Assembly (NCBI RefSeq): GCF_006345805.1
Contig: NC_043000.1
Location: forward strand, 2,604,001-2,668,000
DNA: 64,000 bases
Direction of reading: 5' to 3'
Source of the DNA: Octopus sinensis
Taxonomy: Eukaryota
The position numbers and the translations under genes were made by a program. The notes beneath the pieces are model-generated. The model was given only the letters and a program-made list of their open reading frames with translations, was not told the DNA's origin and ran no database searches. Positions 13,480-26,382 of this stretch are shown here, piece after piece. Position 1 is the first letter of the stretch. Each line of letters starts with the position of its first letter.

Positions 13480-13741
13480 GTTCTGGTAGATTCTGTAGGT
13501 TCTGGGAGATTCTGTAGGTTCTGGTAGATTCTGTACATTCTGGTAGATTCTGTACGTTCTGGTAGATTCTGTAGATTCTGGTAGATTCTGTACGTTCTGG
13601 TAGATTCTGTAGGTTCTGGTAGATTCTGTACGTTCTGGTAGATTCTGTACATTCTGGTAGATTCTGTACGTTCTGGTAGATTCTGTACATTCTGGTAGAT
13701 CCTGTACGTTCTGGTAGATTCTGTAGGTTCTGGTAGATTCA
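13480..13741. repeat. 19-bp minisatellite (ttctggtagattctgtaNN)
   Basis: About 13-14 tandem units directly abutting an R4-like ORF end. Confidence 0.9.
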
Positions 13742-14370
13742 AGTACCAATCTTAAAATCATAGCTCTCCCCAACAGAGCAGTTTTGGGGTCTTGATCTGC
13801 TCTCATGTCAATTCTGATTTCTTTGACATATGTTTGGAACTTGGTTGTTAGTGCTCTGAGTATCCCTACAACTACTGGAATGACAGACACTCTCCTCATA
13901 GTCCACATTCTTGCAATTTCATCTTTCAGTAGTTTGTACTTTTCAATCTTTTTTAGCTCTTCATCACTTATGCATGATTCTCCAGGTATTGCAATATCTA
14001 TGATCTTGGTTTCTTTTTTTCCTTTATCTACCACAACAAATCTGGTCTCCGAGCCTTGATTAGGGAGTCACATTGGATTGTAAAAGCCAACAGTATCTTA
14101 TGTTCCTCATTCTCAGTGACCCCTTCTGGTTCATATTTATACCATTTCCTTGCTCTGTTCAGGCCGTCCTTTTCACATAGCCTCCAATAGACAAACTTAG
14201 CCACGATATTATGCCTCCTTTTGTAGTGCTTCTAGGCCAGCTTGCTACACTCACTCACAATATGTGAGATTGTTTCGTTTCTTCTGCCATACATCCCACA
14301 AAGGGGCACTTCACTACATTTATCTATTTGGAACTGGTGTAATTAGTTCTCAGAGCTTGTTCCTGGATGC
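13742..14370 (-). mobile_element. R4/Dong-clade LINE remnant (RLE endonuclease region)
   Basis: IIDIAIPG...KIEKYKLLKDEIARMW...VIPVVVG...TALLG. Confidence 0.8.
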
Positions 14371-14519
14371 TATCATCATCATCATCCTCATCATCATTAT
14401 TATTATTATTATTATTATCTTTTTTTTCTTCTTCTTTCAAATTTGCTTCCATTTCTTGCTGAGTGTCTTCCCGACTCCTAGGGCAAAGAAACTCATAGTA
14501 TATATTGGTAGGCCATTAA

Positions 14520-14943
14520 ACTAAACTCACTAGTTCGTTCATTTTTTTTTTTTAAAGTTAAATTAAAATACATGGGTAGTAATAGTTCTCACAGCGACAA
14601 TGCTCTTCTCAATACGTGTGATGTACCAGTTAAGATAATCTTTTTCACTTCTTGCAGAGATGGTAAGCCAGGGATCATTCTCATATAATTTTCGGTTCCC
14701 TTCTTGATCATTCCTAGTGCTCCTACGATCACTGGTATTGTAACCGCCTTGAGATGCCACATTTTCTCAATTTCAATGAGTAGGTCTTTATATTTTCTGA
14801 ACTTGTCAAACTCTTTCGCCGAGATATTATGATCACAGGGGATGCTCATGTCGATCAATAAGCAAACTTTATTGTTTTGGTCTTTCACAACAATATCTGG
14901 TTTATTGGCTTTGATGGTTCGGTCTGTAATGTACTGGAAAGTC

Positions 14944-14945
<2 letters not shown>
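14520..14945 (-). mobile_element. R4/Dong-clade LINE 3' remnant beside a (TAA)n tract
   Basis: KPDIVVKD...CLLIDMSIP...KYKDLLIEIEKMW...IPVIVGALG...GTSHVLRRALSL. Confidence 0.82.
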
Positions 14946-15004
<59 letters not shown>

Positions 15005-15008
15005 GTTA

Positions 15009-15082
<74 letters not shown>

Positions 15083-15929
15083 GATATTACCATTATTATT
15101 ATTAAGGTGGTGAGCTGGCAGAGTTGTTAGAGTGTCAGAAAAAATACTTTGCAAAATTTCTTCTGGCTCTTTATGTTCTGAGTTCAATCACTACCAAGGT
15201 CAACTTTGCCTTTTATCCTTTTGGATCAGTAAAATAAAGTACCAGTTAATTAGTGGGGCCAATGCTATTGACTTTCCCCTTCCTTCAAAATTGTGCCTAG
15301 TGCACAATAATAATATGAAGATGAAGATGAAGAAGAATTTGTTATTAAGTTATTATTACTTCCGCCTTAGCAAAGGCAGAGGTATTGTTTTCAGTTGTGT
15401 TTGTTTGTTTGTTTGCCCGTGGACAAGATATTTCAAGAACCACTGGATGGATTCGGATGAAACTTTCAGGGATCTTTGGTCTCGTGACTGGCACAAACTG
15501 ATTAAATTTTGGGATCGATCCAGTACCAGACAAGGATTTTGGATTATTTGTTATATTTACTTCATGTGAAGTATTACAATCTTACATTGACTTTCAAGTC
15601 TTTCTCTGATTATCTCCCTTGAAAGCATGCTCATGGTTTCCACGTAAGTTATGGCAGTGTTGCTGTTTCCAAAGTGTTATTTTCGTTTCTCTATTATTAA
15701 TTTTACTCATGTCTCTATCTTAGTAGAAACTGATGGATAAAGAAATCAAACTACATAAGCAAATGGCAGCAAAACCATTCAGAAATTAAATAACATTAAC
15801 ATATTCAGTAACAATAAATCTAATTTATCCTCGACAATTTTTAGTTTTACCGATTTTGAATATATTGCTCCTGTTTAAAACCTCTTACCTACTCGACAAT
15901 TGCATTTCAAGCTCTGCTTTGAAGGAAGC

Positions 15930-16110
15930 TTTACTTCTTGGACTCACATTTTTGTACGCAATGACATTGTTAAACCTCTGTTAATAGCACTGTATGCAAA
16001 TCCTTTCCTTTTTCTTTTGTGCACGGATAAATATTTTACTCTCAACCTTAATGGTTGTAAAGACACTATATCAGTGGATAGACTAAAAAAGGCCTTCATA
16101 GAGAAAACTG
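15930..16110 (+). mobile_element. Gypsy LTR retrotransposon integrase C-terminal remnant
   Basis: THIFVRNDIVKP...Y..PF...TDKYFTLNLNGCKDTISVDRLK resembles a degenerate GPY/F module. Confidence 0.7.
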
Positions 16111-16418
16111 TCCCTGTTCCCACTACAGACAACACACACAGAGCCTAGCAAAGACACCCACCTTCACACACCAACGTTCACATTCCATGACTACCATTGG
16201 GCTTGGTCAGGTACTGGACAAAGATTCAGGATTATTTTTCTGTTTTTTTTTTACTTAATTTTTGAGAGCGGTCAGGTTCATTTTTAGGATTCTCGTTTGT
16301 GAGAGAAGTCGAGTTTAATTCAGATATTCTCATTTTAAAAATCATCTCTGGCTAATCGTTGAGAGGCATTGGTGTTGCCTTTGCGGATGTTTGCGCTCAC
16401 TGAGTGCTCTTGTTGTTG

Positions 16419-16450
<32 letters not shown>

Positions 16451-17013
16451 GCCGTAGCCAGTACCGCATCGACTGGCCTCCGTGCTGTGGGCACGTAACA
16501 AACACCATCCGATCGTGGTCGTTCGCCAGCCTCGTCTGGCACCTGTGTCGGTGGCACATAAAATCACCCACTACACTCTCGGAGTGGTTGGCGTTAGGAA
16601 GGGCATCCAGCTGTAGAAACATTGCCAGATCTGACTGGCCTGGTGCAGCCTTCGGGCTCCCCAGACCCCAGTTGAACCATCCAACCCATGCTAGCATGGA
16701 AAGCAGATGTTAAACGATGATGATGATGATGATGATGATTATTATTATTATTAAGGTGGTGAGCTAGCAGAATCTAAGCCCAGTGAAAGAACTCGGAAGG
16801 TTGGGCCCCCAACCAGGCCTTTTGCAATACCCTTAAAGTCAGGAACTTTTCAGCAGCCCCTTGTACATGGGTGCATGTTCTAGTCCTTGTACAACACAGT
16901 GATTTTTACAGCAATGGCAGTTTTAAGTTCTAAGAGTCTGTAGCTTGCAAGCATTTTATAACGAACTGTTGTTGCAACATCCTGTCCCTTGTGATGCAGC
17001 CTGTTGATAGAGA

Positions 17014-17400
17014 GTGGAGGCGCAATGGCCCAGTGGTTAGCGCAGCAGACTCGCGGTCATAGGATCGCGGTTTCGATTCCCAGACCGGGCGTTGTGAGTG
17101 TTTATTGAGCGAAAACACCTAAAATCTCCACGAGGCTCTGGCAGGGGATGGTGGTGATCCCTGCTGTACTCTTTCACCACAACTTTCTCTCACTCATACT
17201 TCCTGTTTCTGTTGTACCTGTATTTCAAAGGGCCGGTCTTGTCACTCTCTTTGTCACGCTGAATATCCCCGAGAACTATGTTAAGGGTGCACGTGTCTGT
17301 GGAGTGCTCAGCCACTTACACGTTAATTTCACGAGCAGGCTGTTCCGTTGATTCGGATCAACTGGAACCCTCGTCGTCGTAACCGACGGAGTGCTTCCAT
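17014..17400 (+). mobile_element. SINE family C (tRNA-derived head), representative copy
   Basis: A box tggcccagtggttag and B box ggtttcgattccc. Relatives at about 7245-7626, 18540-18873, 27582-27880, 61260-61580 and 62992-63340. Confidence 0.85.
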
Positions 17401-17902
17401 CCATGATAGAGAAGGTTTTACTGGCCTCTGCTCTATGAACTACAGCAATCCAGTTTTGCTTGGTTGAATATGCTGTATGAACCACACATGCATGGGTAGA
17501 CATGTATATTGTATGATGCTTCAGGCTTGCACGTTGTAATCAACAGCCTTTCCTTCCATTTGCAGCTTGTTTCATTCTTTTGCATCATACTCCAAGTCTC
17601 TTTGCATCTTTTGTTATTTACTGTGAACCCGTTGTATCCTTAGCTATTAGTAACTATATTTTTGAGCTCTCTCTCTCTCTCTCTCTTTACTCTTTTACTT
17701 GTTTCAGTCATTTGACTGCGGCCATGCTGGAGCACCGCCTTTAATCGAGCAACTCGATCCCGGGACTTATTCTTTTGTAAGCCCAGTACTTATTCTATCG
17801 GTTTCATTTGGCAAACCGCTAAGTAACGGGGACATAAACACACCAGCATCGGTTGTCAAGCAATGCTAGGGGACAAACACAGACACACAAACACACACAC
17901 GC

Positions 17903-17966
<64 letters not shown>

Positions 17967-18206
17967 TACGACGGGCTTCTTTCAGTTTCCGTCTACCAAA
18001 TCCACTCACAAGGCTTCAGTGGGACTGAACCCAGAACCATGTGGTTGGTAGACAAGCTACTTACCACACAGCACCTAGAACGTTACCCTCCCAGGCACAA
18101 GTATTAATTTATCGCACAAAATATACCTGTTAGAAAATTTTTATATATGAACACAAACACAGGCACACACACACTCTTGGTGGCATCGAATGGCTGAGAA
18201 GTTTAA

Positions 18207-19421
18207 CACCTTAGCATTCAGATTATGCTATCAGATAACTTAACTATTTACATTGTTTTGGTTTAATCATACACTGTCTCATTGCTTCTAGATTTTCAAA
18301 TAGGTGCAGGTGTGGCTGTGTGGTAAGAAACTTGCTTCCCAACCACATGGTTCCGGGTTCAGTTGCTTGGGCAAGTGTCTTCTATTATAGCCTTGGGCCA
18401 ACCAAAGCCTTGGAAGTGGATTTGGTACATGGAAACTGAAAGAAGCCCATCATATATATATATATATATGAGTCAATGACACCATTATCTCTTATAACCT
18501 CAACTTCTTGCTATATATATATGTGTGTGTGTGTGTGTGCAGGCACATGGCTCAGTGGTTAGAGCATCAAGCTTATGATCACGAGGTTGTGAGTTCGAAT
18601 CCCAGACCTGGCTGTGTGTTGTGTTCTTGAGCAAGATACTTTATTTCACGTTGCTTCAGTTCACTCAGCTGTAGAAATGAGTTGCGGCGTCACAGGTGCC
18701 AAGCTGTATCGGTCGTTGCCTTTCCCTTGGATAACACTGGTGGCATGGAGAGGGGAGGCCGGTATGCGTGGGTGACTGCTGGTCTTCCATAAACAAACTT
18801 GCCCGGGCTTGTGCCTGAGAGGGTATGGTTCTAGGTGCAATCCCGTGGTCAGTCATGACTGAAGGGGGTCTCAATAGATATACATATATATATATATATA
18901 TGTATAGTTAATCCAAACATGGAAACACAACAACGCGAGGACGTGGAACAAGTATAGTGTTATTGGACACTCAGGAAAGAAGGAAAGAAGGAGGGTTTAA
19001 CGTTTCGAGCGGAGCTCTTCATCAGAAACATAAGAAAAGGTAAATGTATATATCTATATGTGTGTGTTTTTGTCCCCGCCACCACCAGTTGACAACCAGT
19101 GTTGGTGTTTTTGCATCCCCATAACTTAGCTGTTCAGCTAAAGAGACCAATAGAATAAGTTCCAGGCTTAAAATGTAAGTCCTGGTGCCGATTCATTTGA
19201 CTGAAAAATCAAGGCGGTGCCCCAGTATGGCCGCAGTCTTGATAATGACTGAAACAAGTAAAAGATAAAAGATATCTCATTGCTTCTAGATTTTATACAA
19301 AGTGATTATTTATTTTTAGAATAACATTGTAGGATAGGTGTGAGAAGCCAGATCTGGCCAGTTTGGACATAAAACAGGCAGAATATTTGGGCCAGACATG
19401 ACTGGTTTAAATGCCAAAGGG
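18207..19421. mobile_element. piggyBac-type MITE with nested SINEs
   Basis: TTAA at 18203-18206 and 19422-19425; homologous to 46519-46728. Confidence 0.65.
18995..19029 (-). ncRNA. Penelope-type minimal hammerhead motif
   Basis: Minus strand GTTT-CTGATGA-A-GAGC(TCC)GCTC-GAAACGTT-AAAC, within a 140-bp fragment embedded in (TA)n. Confidence 0.65.
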
Positions 19422-20264
19422 TTAATGTCAGAAAAAGAGAATAAAAATTACTGTCAAAGTGTTGTTAATGAAAACTCACTTGATTGAATTTTTAATTGCA
19501 ATTTTCTTTCTTTATTAGATTATCAAAAGAATAGGGCTGGGAGATAGTGAGTCTGGTGTATTGGCATTTTAGGCTGCAGAAGGGAAAACAATAAGAGAAC
19601 ATGGGCTGGGAGAAAATTTCAGAGATATTCAGTTCTGGAGAGGAAAATGAATAGGGTAAAAAAATTGTTTGTTTCGGGGTTTGGGAAAGACTATTCTAAT
19701 GTAAATGAAAACAGAAAAAGAGACAAAAAAAAAAGAACACCCCAGTCCCATGGTTTCAGGTTCCACCCTACAGTGTGGTACCATGGGCAAAGTTCTATAG
19801 TCTTGGGCTGACCAAAGCCTCATGAGTGGATTTGAAAGAAACCTGTCACACACACGCACGCACGCGCGCGCGCACACACACACACACACCATGATGATGA
19901 TGATCACCATCGTTTAACATCCATTTTCCATGCTTGCATGGGTTGGACGGTTCGACTGGGCTCTGGGAAGCCAGGAGGCTGCACCGGATTCCAGTCTGAT
20001 CAGGCAGTGTTTCTACAGCTGGATGCTCTATAACAGGAGTGTAGTGGTTGTTTTTTATGTGTCACCGGCACAGGTGTCAGGGGAGGCTGGCAGTGACTAC
20101 AATCGGTTGGTGTTTTTTATGTGCCACCGGCATGGAAGCCAGTCAGGGTGGCGCTGGCTTCGGCCACGTTCGGATGGTTCTTTTTACGTGCCACCGGTAC
20201 AGGTATTACAACTACAATTTCCATTTGATGTTTATTTTGATGTTGATGTACTTATATATGTACT

Positions 20265-20310
<46 letters not shown>

Positions 20311-20312
<2 letters not shown>

Positions 20313-20473
20313 CGCAGGAGTGGCTGTGTGGTAAGTAGCTTGCTAACCAACCACATGGTTCCGGGTTCAGTCTCACTCCGTGGCATCTTGGGCAAGTGTC
20401 TTCTGCTATAGCCTCGAGCCGACCAATGCCTTGTGAGTGGATTTGGTAGACGGAAACTGAAAGAAGCCTGTCG

Positions 20474-20518
<45 letters not shown>

Positions 20519-20722
20519 CTGTGTTTGTCCCCCTAGCATTGATTGACAACCGATGCTGGTGTGTTTACGTCCCCGTCACTTAGCGGTTCGGCAAAAAGAG
20601 ACCGATAGAATAAGTACTGGGCTTACAAAGAATAAGTCCCGGGGTCGATCAGTTCGACTAAAGGTGGTGCTCCAGCATGGCCACAGTCAAATGACTGAAA
20701 CAAGTAAAAGAGTAAAAGAGTA
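20311..20722 (+). mobile_element. SINE family A (tRNA-like head, internal TA/TG microsatellite, LINE-like tail), representative copy
   Basis: Other copies at about 453-817, 8317-8712, 17685-18070, 18302-19274, 33278-33665, 38650-39033, 39430-39812, 44943-45345, 45981-46340, 47607-48005 and 60419-60799. Confidence 0.9.
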
Positions 20723-21560
20723 ATAGGTAGGCAGGAAATGAGAGATGTGTGTGTGTGTATGGCATGTAACACAGACCAAGGAATTCCTGTTGACTGCGAG
20801 CCTGTGTGTGTGTGTGTCTGTCATTCTCTCCTTGCCTTTACTTTTTGTAGTAGTTGTAAACAAGTGTCACTGTTCATGCAAGCAGTGTCCTTCATTTCCA
20901 ATCTTGCACGAAAACATGTCTGGTCATGGGGAACAGATGAGATTTGGCAACAGAAAGGTTATCTGGCCATGAAAAAAAAAAAAAACACTTCAACAAATTT
21001 CTGCCAGACCTATGAGAGCATGGAAAAGTGAAGGCTAAGACAATGGTGATGATGATAAAGATGGTGTTGAGGGTGTCAGAGTGGATGGGGATATAACCAA
21101 AGCTTTGGAAGTGGATTTGGTACATGGAAACTGAAAGAAAACCATCATATATGTGTGTGTGTGTGTGTGTGTTTTCGTGCCTGTGTTTATTCCCCCCACC
21201 CCACCAGTTGACAACCAGTGTTGGTCCCCATAACTAAACTCTCTCAGAGAAACAGAGACTATTGTAATAGTAATGAAAAATGACAGCAAGAAGAAACAAC
21301 ATATCTATGAGGCAGTGATTGCAGTGTGTTGATAGTTGAATCATCCAAAAACCATTATTTTGGAGATGAGGTGTCTTGAATGTGAGTGCAATATATGGAT
21401 AGTACTCTAGTGTAGCTTAAACTTAACAGAAAATCAATTTACGATGCCTGAAGCATTTCCTGGATCTAATAAGAATCCTTAGTCTTTACAATATTATTTT
21501 CACAGTTTATGAAAAGCCACTCTGAGAGATCATATGAAGCTATGAAACTTAGCATTTGTA

Positions 21561-22198
21561 TTGGGTTGTCCGGAAAGTTTGTGCTGATTTATAGCAGCTT
21601 ACATTTCAACTTATTTTAGAACATGGTTGAGTCCATAAAATAGGATTTGACTGTGTAGTCAAATCCTATTTTATGGACTCAACCATGTTCTAAAAAGATA
21701 GCTTAAACTGTGCTCTAAATGGAGGTGTCTCCATTTAGAGCACAGTTTAAGCTATCTTTTCGTGGAAGAATGTTTATGTTCCTATAACCTGTGTTAATTC
21801 TGTAACCCTTTAAAATGGAAGATAAGAAAGTTCATTTTTGGCCCTTGATGCTTTGGGAACCAGACAAAAATTGCTGCAGCTCGGCTGGGATGTGTTACCC
21901 CACTCTCCATGTTCACCAGATATTGCTCCGTCGGATTTCCACTTATTCAGGTCTCTGCAGAATAGTCTTAATGGTAAAAATTTCAATTCCTTGGATGACG
22001 TAAAAAGATACCTTGATGAATTCTTTGCCATGAAAGCACCTCAATTCTTGGAAGAGGGTATTTTCAAGTTAAAGGAAAGATGGAGACGCATTGTGCAACA
22101 AAATGGTTCGTATTTGGCTGATTAAAAATGTAATGGCAAGTATTTATTGGCCTTTTTCTTTCCTTTAAAAATCAGCACAAACTTTCCAGACAACCCAA
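21561..22198 (+). mobile_element. Internally deleted mariner element
   Basis: TIRs of about 30 bp (ttgggttgtccggaaagtttgtgctgattt), TA duplication, LPHSPCSPDIAPSDFHLF motif. Confidence 0.9.
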
Positions 22199-22699
22199 TA
22201 GTAACTTGTGGAGTTTTAGCTCCATGCTATTCATAACTAGAAAAGGTGGTGTACAAATATCTTATTTCCTTGATGTGTATAATGTGTATAGTCTTTGTGC
22301 TATTGAATGAGACTGCAACCATGTCTGCATTGGAGAATGTTTTGAAGTGTTGTGACATTTACATAAGAATATATATTGTTACAAGTGACTAAGGTATGTT
22401 GAAGTGATTAAAGCGTATTTCAGTGACAAGGATGTGATTCAATGAAGGAGGCAAGGATTTTATGGATTGAAATGTGTTTTAGCAATTAAGGTGTGTGTTT
22501 GAGTGATTGAGATGTGTAATGTGTGTTTCTATAATTGAGGTGATGGGATGTCATCATCATCATCATCATCATTTAGCGTCTGTTCTCCATGCTAGCATGG
22601 AGAACGGACGCTAAATGATGATGTGTGTTGTAATAATTGAGATGCATGTTTTACAATTGAATTGTTTGTTTTGATGATTGAAATGCATGTTTTAACGAT

Positions 22700-23720
22700 T
22701 GAAGTGTGAGTTTTAATGAGTGAAGTGACAGTTTTAGTGAGTGGAGTGTGAGTTTAGAGTGAAGTGTGAATTTTAGGAACTGAAGTGTGTAAATGAAATG
22801 TCAGTTTTAGCGAGTAAAGTGTGAATGTTAGTGAGTGATGTGTGAGTTTCAATGAGTGAAGTGTGTGTTTTAATGAGTGAAGTGTCAGTTTTAGTGAGTG
22901 AAGTGTGAGTTTAGAGTGAAGTGTAAATTTTAGTGACTGAAGTGTGTAAATGAAATGTCAGTTTTAGCGAGTAAAGTGGGAATGTTAGTGAGTGATGTGT
23001 GAGTTTCAATGAGTGAAGTGTGTGTTTTAATGAGTGAAGTGTCAGTTTTAGTGAGTGAAGTGTGAGTTTAGAGTGAAGTGTAAATTTTAGTGACTGAAGT
23101 GTGTGAATGAAATGTCAGTTTTAGCGAGTAAAGTGTGAATGTTAGTGAGTGATGTGTGAGTTTCAATGAGTGAAGTGTGTGTTTTAATGAGTGAAGTGTC
23201 AGTTTTAGTGAGTGAAGTGTGAGTTTAGAGTGAAGTGTAAATTTTAGTGACTGAAGTGTGTGAATGAAATGTAAGTTTTAGCGAGTAAAGTGTGAATGTT
23301 AGTGAGTGATGTGTGAGTTTCAATGAGTGAAGTGTGTGTTTTAATGAGTGAAGTGTCAGTTTTAGTGAGTGAAGTGTAAGTTTAGAGTGAAGTGTAAATT
23401 TTAGTGACTGAAGTGTGTGAATGAAATGTAAGTTTTAGCGAGTAAAGTGTGAGTTTCAATGAGTGAAGTGTGAGTTTTAATGAGTGAAGTGTCAGTTTTA
23501 GCGAGTGAAGTGTGAATGTTAGTGAGTGATGTGTGAGTTTTAGCCTATGAAGTGTGAGTTTCAATGAGTGAAGTGTGAGTTTTAATGAGTGAAGTGTGTG
23601 TTTTAGTGTGAAGTTTGAGTTTTTGTGAGTGATGTGTGTGCTCTGGTGACTGAAAGGCATGTTTTAGTGACTGAAGCGTGTGTTTTAGTGAATGAAGCGT
23701 GAGTGAATTTTGAATTTTAG
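22700..23720. repeat. Minisatellite of ~21-bp monomers with a 157-bp higher-order repeat
   Basis: gaatgttagtgagtgatg recurs at 22823, 22980, 23137 and 23294. Confidence 0.9.
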
Positions 23721-24482
23721 TAAGCGAATTATGTGTTTTAATCATTGAAGTGTGTGTGTATTAGGCATTGAATTGTGATTTAATGCTGAATTGTGTGTGA
23801 TTTAATGACTAAAGTGTATTTTTTAATGATTGATGTGGGGTTTTTTTTCTTTATTGATTGAAGTGTGTATTTTAGTGACTGAGGTGTGTGATTAAATTAT
23901 TGAGGTGTGTGTTTTAATTATTGAGGTATATGTTTTAATGAGACAGGGGTGTATATTTTAATAATTGAAGTGTCTGTCTAAAGGATTGAACACGTATATG
24001 TGTGTCTCTTTATTATGATTGAACACTTGTATGCGCATGTTTTAATGATCTGACACCATTTTTGAAAACATCTAAAATGAATTTCTGTGAAATGCGTTTC
24101 TAATGTCCACTTAATTTACATTTTAAAAATTGTATTTTATTGATTTTCTTCAGTGGTATGGAAACTGTTAAATAATCCCTCCATACAAGCACACATTTTA
24201 GACACACACACATATATACGCATATAAACACATATTAAACACACATATACACACACTCACATTCACATACACAATCTGCACACATTTCTGCTAAAGGGCT
24301 ATTTATTGTGTGTATAACTTCATATTAATTAAAATTCCTGTGTTATGTAAGTACGTATACTTGTATGTGTGCATGTGAGTGTGTGTGTCTAGGTGTGTCT
24401 CTATACGTATGCACATGCAGTATGTATTGGTGTATGTTTGCATGTATAAATGTATACACATGTGTATGTGTGTATATATATC

Positions 24483-24517
<35 letters not shown>

Positions 24518-25224
24518 TGTATATATATTGTATATATATATATATATATATATATCATATATATATATATACATGTATGTGTGTGTATGTGTATAATTAT
24601 ATAGATAGCTAGATAGATAGATAGATTCATTAAAGCATTGGATATAATGGTTTTATATTGTTATTGCGATCTGTACTCTGAGTTCAATTCCAGCCAAGGT
24701 CAAATTTGCCTTTCCTCTTTCAAAGATTGATAATTAAAGCACCAGGCAGCGTTGAAGGCTGGAAGAATTTTTGGAGATTTGAAGTTAACTTGAAGAACTT
24801 AATAGAAATGGGAAACAAAGTTGGGATGTAATTAAATTCTCAATTGCAATCATCATCATCATCGTTTAACGTCCGTTTTCCATGCTAGCATGGGTTGGAC
24901 GGTTCGACCGGGGTTTGGGAACCCAGGATGCTGCGCCAGGCTCCAGTCTGATTTGGCAGTGTTTCTACAGCTGGATGCCCTTCCTAACGCCAACCACTCC
25001 GTGAGTGTAGTGGCTGCTTTTACATGCCACTGGTATAGGGGCCAGCGGAGGCTGGCAAATGGCCACGATCAGTTGGTGCTTTTATGTGTCACTGACACGG
25101 GCATCAGTCAGGTGGCACTGGCATCTGCCACTTTTGGGCAGTGCTTTTTATGTGTCACCGGCACAGGTTTCTAAACTACAATTTCTACAAATATGTATGT
25201 ATTTACATATGTGTATGTGTGTAT

Positions 25225-25590
25225 GGATGTTTGCAAAAGGGACATGAAGGCCTGCAACATCAATATTAGCGGTTGGGAGGCAGTTGCCGGCAACCGTGGA
25301 GAATGGCGACGTACCGTAAAAGAGGGAATACAAAAGAGTGACAGAGAGAGAGAGAGGAGAAATGGAAAGAAAGGAAGAGACGTAAACAAGAGACTATGGC
25401 ATTACAACCAGCCAGGAACAGTCTTCGCTTCATTTGCGGTACCTGCCAGAGGGAGTGTTTGTCCAGGATAGGACTACACAGCCACAGCAGGAAATGTATC
25501 AGGACATGAAATGTAGAAGCCGGACTAGACTACTTTATGCGCAACTCCATTGTCTCCCGAGACAAAAAGGATGCCAACCAACCAACCATG
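25225..25590 (+). mobile_element. RTE-clade LINE 3' fragment
   Basis: DVCKRDMKAC...WRRTVKEG, then a CGTC..SRIGLHSH zinc-finger-like tail. Confidence 0.75.
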
Positions 25591-25998
25591 TGTGTATGGT
25601 ATGTATGCAAGTATATATGTATGTATGTATGTATGCATGTATGTATGCACAAGCATGGTTGTGTAGTTAAAAAGTTTGGTAATATTGTCCTAGATTAATG
25701 AAAATGTTTTGAATGAATCTGATTGATGAAAACTAAAAGAAGGCCATTGTGTATGTGTGTGCATAGTTGCATGCACATATCTGTCTGTGTATTTGTTTAT
25801 ATCTTACTCACTTCTGCAAAAGTTTTTCATATATATGGGCAGTGCTGTTGATGTCAGTTCTCCTGCCCTCAAATAATCCGTTCCTTTTGTGCCTTTGAAA
25901 ATGTGCAGGATAAAAATTTCCTTATTTGAAAAACAGGTAAGTGTTAGTGAAAGGGAAAGCATCCAGCTGTAAAACAATGCCTCAAAAATATTACTTTA

Positions 25999-26382
25999 CT
26001 AGCAGTATCACCCGGCGTTGCTCGGGTTTGTTTTGACCCTTTAGAATTGGAATTTTTGAAAAGTAAAAATTTTGCATTATGTAGCTTGTTATTCTCTTTA
26101 AGTGAACATTTTTCTGGTTGAAATACACCGAAATATGGCGACACAGCAGTAAAATATCGTTAAAAATAGGGATTTTCATAGACAAAAAGCACCTTTTTGA
26201 TGTAAATAATTTTTAGTGTTAACGTGGTCCGATTTGAATTTTTTCTTCTACAGAAGGAAGAGCAAGCCTTCTATTATACTCTCAATTTTGGTCAACTTGC
26301 GCTGCAGGGTCTTGGAGGAGATAGTGTTAGTTGAAGGCTACCAAACCTGCCACACACAGACAACTTCAGCTTTATATAGAGA
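25999..26382 (-). mobile_element. Non-autonomous Helitron
   Basis: Same hairpin and CTAG terminus on the minus strand. Confidence 0.75.

Noticed and set aside
17014-17090. tRNA-like sequence with A and B boxes
   Set aside because: Head of a multi-copy SINE, not a standalone tRNA gene.
19519-19546. AG-IIKRIGLGD-GTGAGT resembling the IMMP2L catalytic Lys exon
   Set aside because: Only 28 nt, poor match to IIKRVIALEGD, and the end phase does not fit the 26958 exon.
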